DNA of 64,000 nt from Polyangiales bacterium (GCA_964202905.1 CAXNJO010000003.1:32001-96000), one strand, 5' to 3'. Positions 43,151 to 54,215 are shown, numbered from the stretch's first letter. The notes: generated from the sequence alone by a model not told the origin. Made by a program: numbers and translations.

Positions 43151-46112
43151 ATGCGACGAATCGCCTCCCGCCTCGCCTCGTTCACGGCCCTCGCCCTCGT
43201 CGCGATCGCGCCCGGCGCCTCGTCGGGCTGCAGCTGCTCGAGCCCGCCGACCGTCACGGCGGTTTGCACCTCGCGCGCGGACTGCGACCCGGGCGAGCTC
43301 TGTCAGGACGGGCGCTGCGTCGCGCCCCCCGATGGCGGCGAGGTCGACGGCGGCGGCCGCGACGCGGATGTGTCGCGCTGCGTCGACGGCGACCGCGACG
43401 GCTACAGCGCGATCGCGGACGACTGCCCCACAGGCGACGACTGCGACGACGCGAACGTCGAGGTGCACCCGGGCCGTGCCGAGCTGTGCGGCGACGGCGT
43501 CGACAACGACTGCAACGAGGGCGCCGACGAGCCGAGCTGCGACTGCGAGATCGGCCAGACGGTGAGCTGCTACTCGGGCCCCGCGGGCACGAGCGGCGTC
43601 GGCGCCTGCCGCCCCGGCCTCGCGGTGTGCGTCGCCGTCGGCATGCCGGGCACCTGCCGCGGCGAGGTGCTCCCCGTGGCCGAGGACGCCCCCGAGCTGT
43701 GCAACCGCATCGACGACGACTGCGACGGGCAGGTCGACGAGGGGCTCCGCAACGCGTGCGGCGCCTGCGCGACCGATCCGCTCGTCGAGGTCTGCGGCGA
43801 CGAGATCGACAACGACTGCAACGGCCTGAAGGACGAGGGCTGCAACTGCGACTACCGCTGCCTCTGCCCGCCCGCGACCTCGTGCGAGTGCGCGCCGCCG
43901 ACGAACCAGCCCTGTTACGAGGGCCCCTTCGGGACCGAGGGCGTGGGGCAGTGCGCGGGCGGCCGCCGCGACTGCGTCGTGAGCGGCGGTGAGGCGCGCT
44001 GGCAGACGTGCAGCGGCCAGCTGCTGCCGGGCGTCGAGTGCGAGGGCGGCGCGACGAACGACCTCGACGACGACTGCGACGGGCTCGTCGACGAGGGTTG
44101 CCGCGACGCCGACGCCGACGGCACCCCATGGCCGACCGACTGCGACGACACCAACCGCGCCATCGGCCCGACCGTCGCCGAGGTCTGCAACGGCCGCGAC
44201 GACGACTGCGACGGACTCGCCGACGAGGCCGTGACCAACCGCTGCGGCGGCTGCGGCGCCGTGCCGGTCGAGACGTGCGGCAACGGCCGTGACGAGGACT
44301 GCGACGGCGTGCCCGACGACGGCTGCGAGTGCGACGGCGGCACCGTGCGCGACTGCTTCCTCGGCCCGGTCGGCACCGAAGGTGTCGGCGCCTGCGTCGC
44401 GGGCGCGCCAGACCTGCGGCGGCGGCAGCGAGTTCGCGCGCTGGGGCATCTGCGAGGGCGCGGTCGGCCCGCTGCCGGAGATCTGCAACGGCGTCGACGA
44501 CGACTGCGACGGCGAGGTCGACGAGCGCTACGCCTCGGGCTCGAACGGCTGCGGATTCTGCAACCCCGTCGAGGTCTGCGACGGCGCCGACAACGACTGC
44601 GACGGCCTCGTCGACGAGGGCGTCTCGAACCGCTGCGGCGCGTGTGAACCCGAGCCCGTCGAGGTCTGCAACGGCGCCGACGACGACTGCGACGGCACCA
44701 TCGACGAGGGCACGACGAACGCGTGCGGCACCTGCCCGCCGACGCCCTGCTTCACCGAGACCTGGAGCACGCCGGCAGACTGCACTGCGCCCGGCCGCAC
44801 CTGCGACGGCGTCGTCGAGGACGTGGACCACCCGGGCGCGATCACGCTCGGCGAGGGCTCGCTCTCCTTCGACTACATCTACGTCGCGGTCACCAACCGG
44901 AACGAGATCGCGCAGCTGGACACCACGACGGGCGCTGTCAACTGGATCCGGCCGTCGTTCGGGCAGAACCCGTCGCGCACCTCCGTCGCGCTCGACGGCA
45001 GCGTGTGGGTCGGCAACCGCGGCTTCGGCGACCCGAGCAACGTCGCGGTCTCGAACCTCGTCCACCTCGGCATCGACGGCAACATCATCTGCCGCGCCGC
45101 GGGCGTCACCGGCCTGATCCGCGGCGTCACGATCGACGCGGAGGGCAACATCTGGGCGGGCGCGTACAACGGGCGCCGCGTCTACCGCGTGAACGGCACC
45201 ACGGTCGACACGTCGACCTCGCCGGCGACCTGTCCGCTCATCGCGGCCTACGACGTGGGCGTCAACGTCTACGGCCTCTCGGTCGACCCGGACGGCTACG
45301 TCTGGACGTCCTCGACGCCGGCGATGCGCATCCGCATCTCCGACGGCGCGATCTCCACAGTCACCAACCCCGCCCACTACGGCGTCGCCGCCGATGGCGC
45401 CGGCCGGATCTGGTACGGCAGCTGGATCAACGGGGGCGCGCTCCACGCCGTGGACCGCACGACGCTCGCGGTCACCAACACCACCATCCCGGATGGCATC
45501 ACGGGCGTCACCGTGCACCCGGACGGATCGATCTGGGGCACGGCCTACGGCGCCAACCGCATCTGGGCGTGGGACCCGGCGACGGGCGCGGCGCGCTGCT
45601 CGGCGGGCATCCCCGCGGGCACCGGCAGCAACCCGCACGGCATCGCCGTCGACCGGATGGGCCGCGTCTGGGCACCGAACCGCTTCGGCGGCTACGTGAA
45701 CGTCTACGACTCGACGACCTGCGCCGTCCTCGGCAGCTACGTCGTCTCGCCCGGCGAGGAGCTGTACAGCTACTCCGACATGACGGGCCACCTGTTGCGC
45801 ACCTTCACCGCGCCCGAGGGCCACTGGTACCAGGTCTTCGACTCGGGGTACGCGTCCGCGTACTGGACGAGCGCGTCCTGGCGCGCGGACGTGCCGCCCG
45901 ACTCGTCGCTCGAGGTGCTCGTGCGCGCGTCCGACGATCCGTCCGACTTCTCCGCGTCGGTGGTGTGCGGTCCGTTCACCTCGTCCCCCGCAGACCTCAC
46001 CGCGTGCGGCCTCGGTCGACACCGCTACCTGCAGCTCGACGTGGCGCTGCGCAGCACACGCGCCCGCGCGCGGCCCATCGTGTACAGCGTGGACGCCGCC
46101 TGGGCCTACTGA
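43151..46112 (+). CDS. Large exported protein with MopE-related Cys/Asp repeats and C-terminal beta-propeller (apparent frameshift near 44405)
   Basis: Many 'E.CNG.DDDCDG..DE' repeats continue across ORFs 43151-44647 and 44289-46112; propeller-like 'GIAVD..G.VW' repeats. Confidence 0.8.
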
Positions 46113-46777
46113 TGCGGCACGCGGCGCGGGGCCGGGCGACGCGCGCCGCTGCGCTGCGTTCGCTGGGTCCCCTCGCCGCGCTCATCGTCGGCGCCTGCTC
46201 GCCCGCTCAGCCGGCATCGCACGTGGTGCGCGCTCCGTGCCCGCCGCGCATGGTGCGGGCGGGCGCCGCGTGCATCGACCGGCACGAGGCCCGCATCGTG
46301 GACGGTCGCGCCGAGCCCGCGCTCGACGCCCCGGCCACGAGCGGCGTGTCCTTCCGAGACGCCGAGCGCGCGTGCCAGGAGGCCGGGCTGCGGCTCTGCA
46401 CCGGCGCGGAGTGGAGCCGCGCGTGCGAGGGCGCGGGGACACCGCGCAAGCTGCCCTACGGCGATCGCTGGGAGGCGCACCGCTGCAACACCGGCGAGTG
46501 GGACGACGACCTCACGCGCATCGCGGTCCGGCCGAGCGGCGCCTTCCCGCGGTGCGTCTCGCCGGAAGGCGTGCTCGACCTCTCCGGCAACGTCTGGGAA
46601 TGGACGAGCGAGCCGGACCCGACCGGCGCGCTCCGCGAGCTGCGCGGGGGCGGCGCCCGCAACGCCGAGCCGCAGGCCGTGTGCCGACTGGGCGATCGCT
46701 TCTTCCTCGATCCGGACGCGCGGGAGGGGCTGCTGGGATTCCGGTGCTGCACGCGCGCGCGCACCGCGTCGCCCTGA
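46112..46777 (+). CDS. FGE-sulfatase (SUMF1/C-lectin fold) domain lipoprotein
   Basis: 'CIDRHEA', 'RLCTGAEWSRAC', 'DLSGNVWEWT', 'RGG', 'GFRCC'; ATG overlaps the upstream TGA. Confidence 0.88.
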   Translation: MRHAARGRATRAAALRSLGPLAALIVGACSPAQPASHVVRAPCPPRMVRAGAACIDRHEARIVDGRAEPALDAPATSGVSFRDAERACQEAGLRLCTGAEWSRACEGAGTPRKLPYGDRWEAHRCNTGEWDDDLTRIAVRPSGAFPRCVSPEGVLDLSGNVWEWTSEPDPTGALRELRGGGARNAEPQAVCRLGDRFFLDPDAREGLLGFRCCTRARTASP

Positions 46778-46889
46778 CCGGGGCCCCGCGATGCGGCGAT
46801 GCAAATACGCGCGGCGCGGTCGCCGCGTCGCATCGCGCGTCGAGCCCACGCGTCGCCTCGCGCGGCGAGCGCGCGTCGGACCCACGCGG

Positions 46890-46971
46890 TGCGAGGAGCG
46901 GGACTCGAACCCGCACGCCTTGCGGCACTGGATCCTAAGTCCAGGGCGTCTGCCAGTTCCGCCACCCTCGC
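46890..46971 (-). tRNA. tRNA-Leu(TAG)
   Basis: Reverse complement GCGAGGGTGGCGGAACTGGCAGACGCCCTGGACTTAGGATCCAGTGCCGCAAGGCGTGCGGGTTCGAGTCCCGCTCCTCGCA folds as a cloverleaf with long variable arm and TAG anticodon; CCA not encoded. Confidence 0.97.
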
Positions 46972-47044
46972 GCTGCCGGAGCCGGGGTCATGCCGCAGCG
47001 CAGCGCCCGCGTCAAACACGGGCAGCGCGCTGGCGCGCTCGTCG

Positions 47045-47074
47045 TTGACGCGCACGGCCCCGGCTTCCTATGCT
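47045..47074 (+). promoter_or_regulatory. Putative sigma70-type promoter
   Basis: TTGACG-18 nt-TATGCT, followed by GAGGAG SD and ATG 47114. Confidence 0.55.
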
Positions 47075-47113
47075 GCGCCGGGGCACGTCCACCGCGGCCC
47101 GAGGAGCACCTGA

Positions 47114-48337
47114 ATGAACCGGCTTTTCGTCGCGGCCTGCGTGTCGCTCTCCCTGATGCTCGGCGCCGCGACGGCGTCCGCGCAAGCCGACACCGACCGC
47201 CAACAGGCCCGCGCCGAGTTCGATCGGGGCGTCTCCCTCTACGCCGCCGAGAACTACCAGGGTGCCCTCGAGGCCTTCCAGGAAGCGTTTCGCTTGAGCC
47301 CGCACCCGACGGTGCGCGTCAACATGGCGAATTGCTACGACCACCTCTCGAAGCCGATCGAGGCGATCTTCCACTTCGAGCGCTTCCTCTCGGAGTCGGG
47401 ACGCGGCGCGCCCGCAGCACGGCGGCGCGAGGTCGAGGCGGCGCTGCGTGGCCTTCGCGCGCGCGTCGGCGAGGTGAACCTGCGCGTCTCCCCCGACGGC
47501 GCGACGGTGGTCATCGACGAGGGCGACTCCCGCCGCGCGCCGATCCTCGAGCCCGTGCGCCTCGCCGCCGGCACGCACCGCATCGAGACGCGTCTCACGG
47601 GCTACCGCACCGACCGACGCAGCGTCGAGGTGACCGGCGGTGGCACCGCCGAGGTGCAGATCCGCCTCGAACGCGCCGGCAGCCCCGAGGTCGCCAGCGC
47701 CGCGACGACGCCCCGCGCCGAGCCGGCCGCGACGGCGGCGACGAGTGCGACGCGGACGCCCCCGCGCGCGGAGCCCGGACCGCCCCCGCGCACCGAGCCC
47801 GCCCCCACGGCGACGTCGACGCCCGCGCCCACGGCGTCTCAGCCCCCCGCGCCGACGGCCGACGCCGACACCGATGCAGACGCCTCCTCGGAGCCGGTCA
47901 TCCCGCCCGCCGACGAGACGCCCGCGCCTGCGGAAGAAGGTGGAGGGCTCGTCTTCACCCTCCCCACGATCGCGACCGCGGCCGGTGCTGGCGCGCTCGT
48001 CATCACGGCCGTGATCCTCGGGGTCTCGGCGTCGGGCGCCAACGCGGAGTTCGACGACCTCGCCGCGCTGACGAACGACACGCGCCTCGACGCGGCTGAG
48101 CGCGCGAGCCTGCGCGCGCAGGCCGTCGACAAGGCCGACACTGCCAACGGCCTCGCGCTCGCCGCCGACATCGTCGGCGTCGCGGGCCTCCTCGGGCTCG
48201 GTGCAACCGCCTTCCTGTTCATGGTCGACCAGGGCGGCAGCAGCGAGCGCGCGACCGCAGCGCGCGGTGCGTCCATCGCCGTGCACCCTGCCTTCTCCCG
48301 CGACCACGCGGGTCTCACGCTCCGCGGAACCTTCTGA
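47114..48337 (+). CDS. Exported TPR + PEGA domain protein with Pro/Thr linker and hydrophobic C-terminal domain
   Basis: Signal peptide; TPR 'ARAEFDRG...ALEAFQEAF...VNMANCY'; PEGA 'SPDGATVVID...AGTHRIE'; ends 'LTLRGTF'. Confidence 0.85.
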   Translation: MNRLFVAACVSLSLMLGAATASAQADTDRQQARAEFDRGVSLYAAENYQGALEAFQEAFRLSPHPTVRVNMANCYDHLSKPIEAIFHFERFLSESGRGAPAARRREVEAALRGLRARVGEVNLRVSPDGATVVIDEGDSRRAPILEPVRLAAGTHRIETRLTGYRTDRRSVEVTGGGTAEVQIRLERAGSPEVASAATTPRAEPAATAATSATRTPPRAEPGPPPRTEPAPTATSTPAPTASQPPAPTADADTDADASSEPVIPPADETPAPAEEGGGLVFTLPTIATAAGAGALVITAVILGVSASGANAEFDDLAALTNDTRLDAAERASLRAQAVDKADTANGLALAADIVGVAGLLGLGATAFLFMVDQGGSSERATAARGASIAVHPAFSRDHAGLTLRGTF

Positions 48338-48379
48338 TCGCCCCACCCCGGAATCCGCGCCGACGCGGGAGGTACTCGC

Positions 48380-50169
48380 ATGTCCCTTCAACTTCGCTTC
48401 GCCTCGCTCGGTCTCGTTTTCCTGATGTCCGGTCTCGCCGGGGGCTGCAGCGCCCTCGTGGACGCCGACCCGGCTGATCTCCCGCCCGTGCCCGGCGCCG
48501 ACGGCGGCGGGGCGGGATGGATGGGGGGCGCGCGGATGCGGGTGACGGTGGCGGAGGCGGCACCGACGGGGGTGGCGGTGGCACCGACGGCGGCGATCCA
48601 TGCGCGGGCGGGTGCGACGACGGCATCGCCTGCTCCGTGGACGCGTGCGGTGCTTCCGGCTGCACGCACACCCCCGACGACGGCGCCTGCGGCGTTGAGC
48701 GCTGCAGCGTGATGCTCGGCTGCGTGCCGCGCGTCTGCACCGACGCCGCCTCCTGCGACAACGGCATCTTCTGTGATGGTGAAGAGCGCTGCGATGCGAG
48801 CGCCCCCGGCGCCGACCCGGGGACCGGCTGCGTCGCGGGCCGTCCGCCCAGCTGCTTCGACGACTTCTCCTGCACGACCGACTCCTGCGACGAGGCGAGC
48901 CGCGCCTGCGCCTTCATGCCCGACGACGCCGCCTGCGACGACGGCATCGACTGCACCACCGACGCCTGCGCGCCGGACAGCGCCACGTCCGCGAGCGGCT
49001 GCGTCGCCCGCCCCGACGACACCGTCTGCGGCGGCGCCTGCACCACGCTGAGCGGCGGCATCCCGGCCGCAGCGCCCGGCGTCTGCGACCCGACGCGCGG
49101 CTGCATCACGGGCACGCCCACGAGCTGCCGCGACGGCACCGTCTGCACGACCGACCGCTGCGAGGCCGGCGCATGCGCCTCGATCCCCGTCGACGCCGAT
49201 GGCGACGGCGTCCCGGCCCGCTTCGTCGGGACGGCCTCCTGCACGGGGACGGACTGCGACGACACCGACGGCTCGATCTTCCCGGGTGCGATGGAGCGCT
49301 GCAACGGCGAGGACGACAACTGCAACGGCACGGTCGACGAGAGCTGCGTGGCGGTCCCGGACGACTGCGGCACCGCAGCGCCGCTCACCGGCACGGGCGG
49401 CGTCCTGCGCGCCACGGGCAACTTCGGCGATTTCGGCGACGACTACGACACGCTGTGCGCGGCCGCCGATGGGTCCCGCGGCGGGCGCGACGCGGTGTAC
49501 TACTTCGACGTGACGTCACTCAGCGACGTCGTCATCACGACCGACGGCGGCACCTCCGACACGATCCTCGGCGTCGCCACCGATTGCACGGAGACCGGCT
49601 TCGGGCTCGGCTGCGACGACGACATCCTGAACCCGGGCAACACCTCGAGCCGCATCTTCTTCCACCGCATCGGGCCGGCCTTCGGGAGCTCGACCCGGCG
49701 CGTGTACGTGCTGGTCGACGCCTACGGCTCGGGCACGACGGGCGCGTACACCGTGACCGCGACGATCACGCCCGCTGCCGCCGACGCGTGCACGGCGCCG
49801 ATCGACATCTCGGGCGGCGGCACGCTCGTCGGCCAGCTCGGCACCGTCGGCGCGGCGCTCCCCTCGCCGTCCGGGAGCTGCCAGACCATCCCCTTCATCA
49901 CGGACATCGAGGCGGTCGCCTCGTTCACCGGCTCAGCCGACGGCATGCAGACCTTCACCGCCTACTCGCGCAGCTTCAACCCGGAGATGTACGTCCGCGA
50001 GGCGATGTGCGGCACCGGCGCGGAGGACGCGTGCGTGGTCGGCATGGCGCTCGGCGGCGGCGTGAACCGCGCGATCCTCGGCGCGACCGTGCCGACCGGG
50101 ACGCGCGGCTTCCTGTTCGTCGACAACGGCGGCTCCAGCGGGCGCTACAGCGTCGACTACGCCCCCTGA
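48380..50169 (+). CDS. Cys-rich lipoprotein (CTDC-like and MopE-like repeats, C-terminal beta-sandwich domains); apparent frameshift near 48515
   Basis: Lipobox 'LAGGC' in ORF 48380; DGG linker and 'CDDGI.CT.D.C' repeats in ORF 48517-50169. Confidence 0.78.
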
Positions 50170-50182
50170 ACGCGCGGCGCGG

Positions 50183-50206
50183 GCGGTGGGGAGGGAACCC
50201 CACCGC
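50183..50206 (+). terminator. Stem-loop after the Cys-rich lipoprotein gene
   Basis: GCGGTGGGG-AGGGAA-CCCCACCGC; no clear U-tract. Confidence 0.4.
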
Positions 50207-50305
50207 GCCCCCCAACCGTGTTAGCGTTTGGCCGATTTTCGAACGGAGCGGTGAATCGTTCGGGCCCGGGCCCGGTCGGATGCCGCCGACAACCAAGGAG
50301 GAGCG

Positions 50306-50827
50306 ATGGTGAATTCCAAGACGTGGATGCGGTGGGCGGGCGGCGTGGGCGTGGCGGTTCCGTTGCTGGCCTGCGCGGCGAGCGGCAGCTACCGGGTCGT
50401 GATGCGCGAGCAGACGGGCGGCGAGCTCGCGCTCGACGGTGACCAGACGAAGGCGATGGAGCAGGCCACCATCGCGATGCAGCAGCACTGCGGCGGCCCC
50501 GGCACGTTCGCGGTCGTGCGCGAGGGTCAGGTCGCGGTCGGCGAGGTCACCCAGACGCAGGGCGGCTCGAACTCCGGAACGCAGTACCGCCGCAACTCAT
50601 CCTCGAGCGGCACGTCCTACAGCGGCACGCAGACGACGCAGCAGCTCACCGAGTACCACATCTGGTACCAGTGCGGCGCGGCCCCGGCCGTCGCGACGCA
50701 GCCAGCCGCAGCCCCCGTAGCGGACCCCAACGCGCAGCCCGCTCCCGACCCGAACGCCCAAGGCGGCGCGACCGTGCAGGGCAGCATGACCGTGCAGGGC
50801 TCGGCCGTCGTCGGCCAGCCTCAGTGA
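50306..50827 (+). CDS. Small lipoprotein
   Basis: AAGGAGG SD; lipobox 'LLAC'; one Cys pair; Pro/Gln-rich tail. Confidence 0.8.
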   Translation: MVNSKTWMRWAGGVGVAVPLLACAASGSYRVVMREQTGGELALDGDQTKAMEQATIAMQQHCGGPGTFAVVREGQVAVGEVTQTQGGSNSGTQYRRNSSSSGTSYSGTQTTQQLTEYHIWYQCGAAPAVATQPAAAPVADPNAQPAPDPNAQGGATVQGSMTVQGSAVVGQPQ

Positions 50828-50879
50828 ACGAGCGGGCGAGGCTTACGCTCCCCGGCGCGTGAGCCCACCGTGTGACGAC

Positions 50880-50911
50880 GAAGGCTCCGTGGGACGACCC
50901 ACGGAGCCTTC
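50880..50911. terminator. Perfect 14-bp hairpin between convergent genes (bidirectional terminator candidate)
   Basis: GAAGGCTCCGTGGG-ACGA-CCCACGGAGCCTTC. Confidence 0.65.
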
Positions 50912-50936
50912 ATGCTGTTCGCCGTTCGAGAAGCGC

Positions 50937-52220
50937 TCAGAGGACGAAGTCGGCGGCCTCGAGGATCTCGACGATCCGGTAGAGGAAGCTGTTCGCCGCG
51001 ACACCGTCGACGATGCGGTGGTCGTAGCTGAGCGACATGAACATCACGGGGCGCAGCGCGATGAGGTCCTCGCCGTCGTGCTCGACGACGACGGTGCGCT
51101 TCTGGATCTCGCCGATGCGGAGGATGCCCACGTTCGGCTGCGAGATGATCGCGCCGCCGTGGAGGTTGCCCTTGAGGCCGGGGTTCGAGACGGTGAACGT
51201 CTTGCCGGCGAGGTCATCGGGCGTGAGCTTGCCGTCGCGCGCCTTGCGGGCGAGCTCGTCGACCGCGCGGGCGAGGCCGCGCACCGTGAGCTCGTCGGCG
51301 TTCTTCACGACGGGGACGACGAGGCCCTCCGGCGTGTCGACCGCGATGCCGAGGTGGATGTCGCGCAGCAGCACGAACGCGTCGTCGAGGACGCGCGCGT
51401 TGAGGCCGCGGTTCTCGCGGAGCGACCGGGCGACGGCGGCGCAGATGAAGGACAGGAACGTGAGGTTCACGCCCTCCTTCTTCAGCGTGGCCTTGTGCTC
51501 GTCGCGCAGGCGGCTCGTGCGGTGCAGATCGCACTCGGCCACCGTCACCACGTGGGGCGACGTCAGCTTCGAGTAGATCATGTGGTCCGCGATGATCCGC
51601 CGGCGCCGCGAGAACTGGATGACCTCGTCGCCGGGGCGCGGCTGGTAGGACGGCACCTGGAAGGCGAGCGCGCGGCCGGCCGTCCCGGGGGACGACGCAG
51701 GCAGCGGCGCAGGCGCGGGCAGACCGCCCGGCGAGGTGACGCGCCCCGCGGACGAAGGCGCGGCGGCCGGCGCAGCGATCGGCGCAGCGATCGGCGCAGC
51801 GGCCCGGAGGACGTCGTCGCGCGTCACGCGGCCGTGCTCACCGCTCGGCTTGAGGGCGGCGAGGTCGATGTCGTTCTCGCGGGCGAGCTTGCGCACCGAG
51901 GGCGAGGCCGCGGGCGCGCTGGCCACGGGCGCGCTGGCCGCGGGCGCCGCGGCGGGGGCCTTCGGGGCGGTGGCCGCGCTGGCGTTCGTGTCGATCTCGA
52001 CGAGCGCCTCGCCGACCCGCACGACCGCGCCCTCTTCGACGAGGATCGCCGAGACGACGCCGCCCACCGGAGAGGGCACCTCGCTGTCGGCCTTGTCCGT
52101 GAGGATCTCGACGACGGCCTGATCCTTCTCGACCCGATCCCCGACGCGCACGTGCCACTTGCCGACCGTGCCTTCGACGACGCTCTCGCCGAGCTGCGGC
52201 ATCGTTACTTTGGTGCTCAT
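50937..52220 (-). CDS. 2-oxo-acid dehydrogenase E2 (dihydrolipoamide acyltransferase)
   Basis: Lipoyl domain 'MPQLGESV...TDKA', E3-binding 'ASPSVRKLA...GRVTRDDV', catalytic DHRIVDG; GGAGGAG SD. Confidence 0.95.
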   Translation of the reverse strand: MSTKVTMPQLGESVVEGTVGKWHVRVGDRVEKDQAVVEILTDKADSEVPSPVGGVVSAILVEEGAVVRVGEALVEIDTNASAATAPKAPAAAPAASAPVASAPAASPSVRKLARENDIDLAALKPSGEHGRVTRDDVLRAAAPIAAPIAAPAAAPSSAGRVTSPGGLPAPAPLPASSPGTAGRALAFQVPSYQPRPGDEVIQFSRRRRIIADHMIYSKLTSPHVVTVAECDLHRTSRLRDEHKATLKKEGVNLTFLSFICAAVARSLRENRGLNARVLDDAFVLLRDIHLGIAVDTPEGLVVPVVKNADELTVRGLARAVDELARKARDGKLTPDDLAGKTFTVSNPGLKGNLHGGAIISQPNVGILRIGEIQKRTVVVEHDGEDLIALRPVMFMSLSYDHRIVDGVAANSFLYRIVEILEAADFVL

Positions 52221-52500
52221 CGCTCCTCCGTGGTGCGGCGCGCGTTGTAACGCCATCGCGCGGAGGCGGCAACGGAATGCGGCGCGGCGCGGAGCAGCGC
52301 GCGATCGGGCGGGGACGTCGACGCGCGAGGCCGCCGCGGGCCGGCGCGGCGCAGCGCAAGGCACATGGACCGCGCGGGCATGGCGAGCGGCCGCGCGCGG
52401 GGCGGTCGCGCGGGCAGTCGCCGTGAGCGTTGCGACGCGCGACGCGCAACCCACGATCGGGCGCGTACGCGTCGCCCCGCGGGGCGCAGGCGCGCGGCCG

Positions 52501-52947
52501 TCAGGCCTTGTGGCGCACCGTGAGCACGGGCACCGGACACGTGCGCACCACGCGCTCCGCCGTGCTCCCGAGCAGCACGTGCGAGAGCCCGGTGCGCCCG
52601 TGCGTGCCGATCACGACGAGGTCGGCGCCGAGCTCGGACGCGAGACGGTCGATCTCGAGGTGCGCGGGCCCCTCCCCCAGCTTGCCAGAGACCTTCACCT
52701 TGCCACCGGCGACGCGCGCGACGGCCGCATCGAGGCTCTTCTGGAGTTCGGTGTGGAGCTGCCCGATGTATTGCGGGCTCGCGACGATCGCGTCCTCCGG
52801 GATCGCGTAGGCCGGCAGCTGCCAGGCGTGCACGAGCACGAGCGCGGCGCCGTGCTGCTCGGCGAGGGACACCGCGTGCTCGAGGGCGGCGTCGGAGGTC
52901 TCGGAGAAGTCGACGGCACAGAGGATGGTGCGGATCTCGTAACGCAT
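52501..52947 (-). CDS. Universal stress protein (single domain)
   Basis: 'ILCAVDFS', 'DLVVIGTHGRTG...LGSTAERVVR..PVPVL'. Confidence 0.93.
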   Translation of the reverse strand: MRYEIRTILCAVDFSETSDAALEHAVSLAEQHGAALVLVHAWQLPAYAIPEDAIVASPQYIGQLHTELQKSLDAAVARVAGGKVKVSGKLGEGPAHLEIDRLASELGADLVVIGTHGRTGLSHVLLGSTAERVVRTCPVPVLTVRHKA

Positions 52948-53093
52948 GGGCCCCCACGGCAACGCTGCCGGCGCGCTGGCGACGCGCGGCTCGACGTGCG
53001 AGTTTCGGTGTCTATCTGAGCTACGCACCAGGCCGACGCGCGCCAGCACCGCCCCGTCCCGCACGACGGCGAGGCGCCTCCGGAGACCGACCC

Positions 53094-54029
53094 ATGAGCG
53101 AGACGAGCTTCCCCACCGACGCGCGGCCCGTCCTCGTCGCGCACGACCTCGGCGCCGGCGGACGCCGCGCCGCCGACCTCGGCGCCGTGTTCGCGCGGGC
53201 CCTCGGCGTACGGCTTCACCTCGTCCACGCGATGGACGCGGCCGCGGACGCCGACTTCGCCGCGGTGCCGGCAGGGTTGTCGCCCTCGGTCGACGTGCTC
53301 CGCGCACGCATCGCGGCGCGGGTCGAGCACGAGCGCGCGGCGCTCACCGCCGAGGCCGCGCGGCTCGGCGCAGCGGGCATCGCCGAGGTGACGACCGAGC
53401 ACCTCGAGGGCCGCCCGTGGGAGGCGGTCGTCGACACGGTCGCGCGCGCCGGGGCCCAGCTCGTCGTCGTCGCCGCGCACGCGGGCGCGCCCGCGCCGCA
53501 CACCGCCGCGGGTGCGCTCGGGCGGTTGCTCGGCAGCACGGCAGAGCGCGTCGTGCGGCACGCCGGGGTCCCGGTCGCCGTCGCGGCGGACGAACCGCCG
53601 CCCGCTGGACTCTGCGCCGGCGCAGCGTGGCTCGTCGGCACCGCGCTCGACACGTCGGCCGGCAGCGCGCCTGGCGCATCTGCCCGCGTCGATCTCGACG
53701 ACACCTCACGCCCACCGCTCGCGACCGCGCTTCGGCTCGCGGCGCGCTTCGGCGGTCGCGTCGTCGCCGTGCACGCGGCGCGACCGGGCGAGCCGGATCA
53801 CACGGCCGACCTCGCGCGCCTCGCAGGCGATGGCGGCGCCGTCGCAGCGCACACGCTCACCGGCCCCGTGGCGGAGGTCTTCGTGAGGGCCGCCGAGTCC
53901 GAAGGCTGCGGCGCACTGGTCCTCGGCGCGCACGAGCACCGCGGCCTGCTCGCGAAGGCGCTCGGACGCGACGCGCTCGGTCCGACCTTCCGGCTCTCGC
54001 GCGTCCCCGTCCTCTGCGTGCCCGCCTGA
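53094..54029 (+). CDS. Universal stress protein (tandem domains)
   Basis: 'LLGSTAERVVRHAGVPV' plus a second degenerate USP ending 'VPVLCVP'. Confidence 0.85.
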   Translation: MSETSFPTDARPVLVAHDLGAGGRRAADLGAVFARALGVRLHLVHAMDAAADADFAAVPAGLSPSVDVLRARIAARVEHERAALTAEAARLGAAGIAEVTTEHLEGRPWEAVVDTVARAGAQLVVVAAHAGAPAPHTAAGALGRLLGSTAERVVRHAGVPVAVAADEPPPAGLCAGAAWLVGTALDTSAGSAPGASARVDLDDTSRPPLATALRLAARFGGRVVAVHAARPGEPDHTADLARLAGDGGAVAAHTLTGPVAEVFVRAAESEGCGALVLGAHEHRGLLAKALGRDALGPTFRLSRVPVLCVPA

Positions 54030-54032
54030 GCG

Positions 54033-54215
54033 ATGGCCGACCTCGAGGCCCACGCGATCCGGCGCGACAAGCGCTTCCTCGTCCGGCTCGGTCTCGGGCT
54101 GCTGCTCGGCCTGCTCGGGGGCGCATGGGTCTTCGGCAAGCTCACGAGCCACGAGACGGGGAGCTGCGCGGCGACGACCTTCGGCGGGGACGAGGCGACT
54201 CCCGCCGGCCCCTGA
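54033..54215 (+). CDS. Small single-TM hypothetical protein
   Basis: Begins 3 nt after the USP stop; one hydrophobic helix. Confidence 0.55.
   Translation: MADLEAHAIRRDKRFLVRLGLGLLLGLLGGAWVFGKLTSHETGSCAATTFGGDEATPAGP

Noticed and set aside
41893..43992. 699-aa plus-strand ORF with (GATFDDFAAA)n repeats
   Set aside because: Antisense shadow of the H1-like gene, which has an SD and a recognisable C-terminal domain.
44395..44415. Programmed ribosomal frameshift
   Set aside because: No slippery heptamer, and it is one of many similar indels in the window.
46112..46777. Diversity-generating retroelement target (FGE/C-lectin fold)
   Set aside because: No reverse transcriptase or template repeat seen in the window.
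46890..46971. tRNA-Leu as a genomic-island integration site
   Set aside because: No integrase, no duplicated tRNA 3' end seen, and no composition shift in the flanks.
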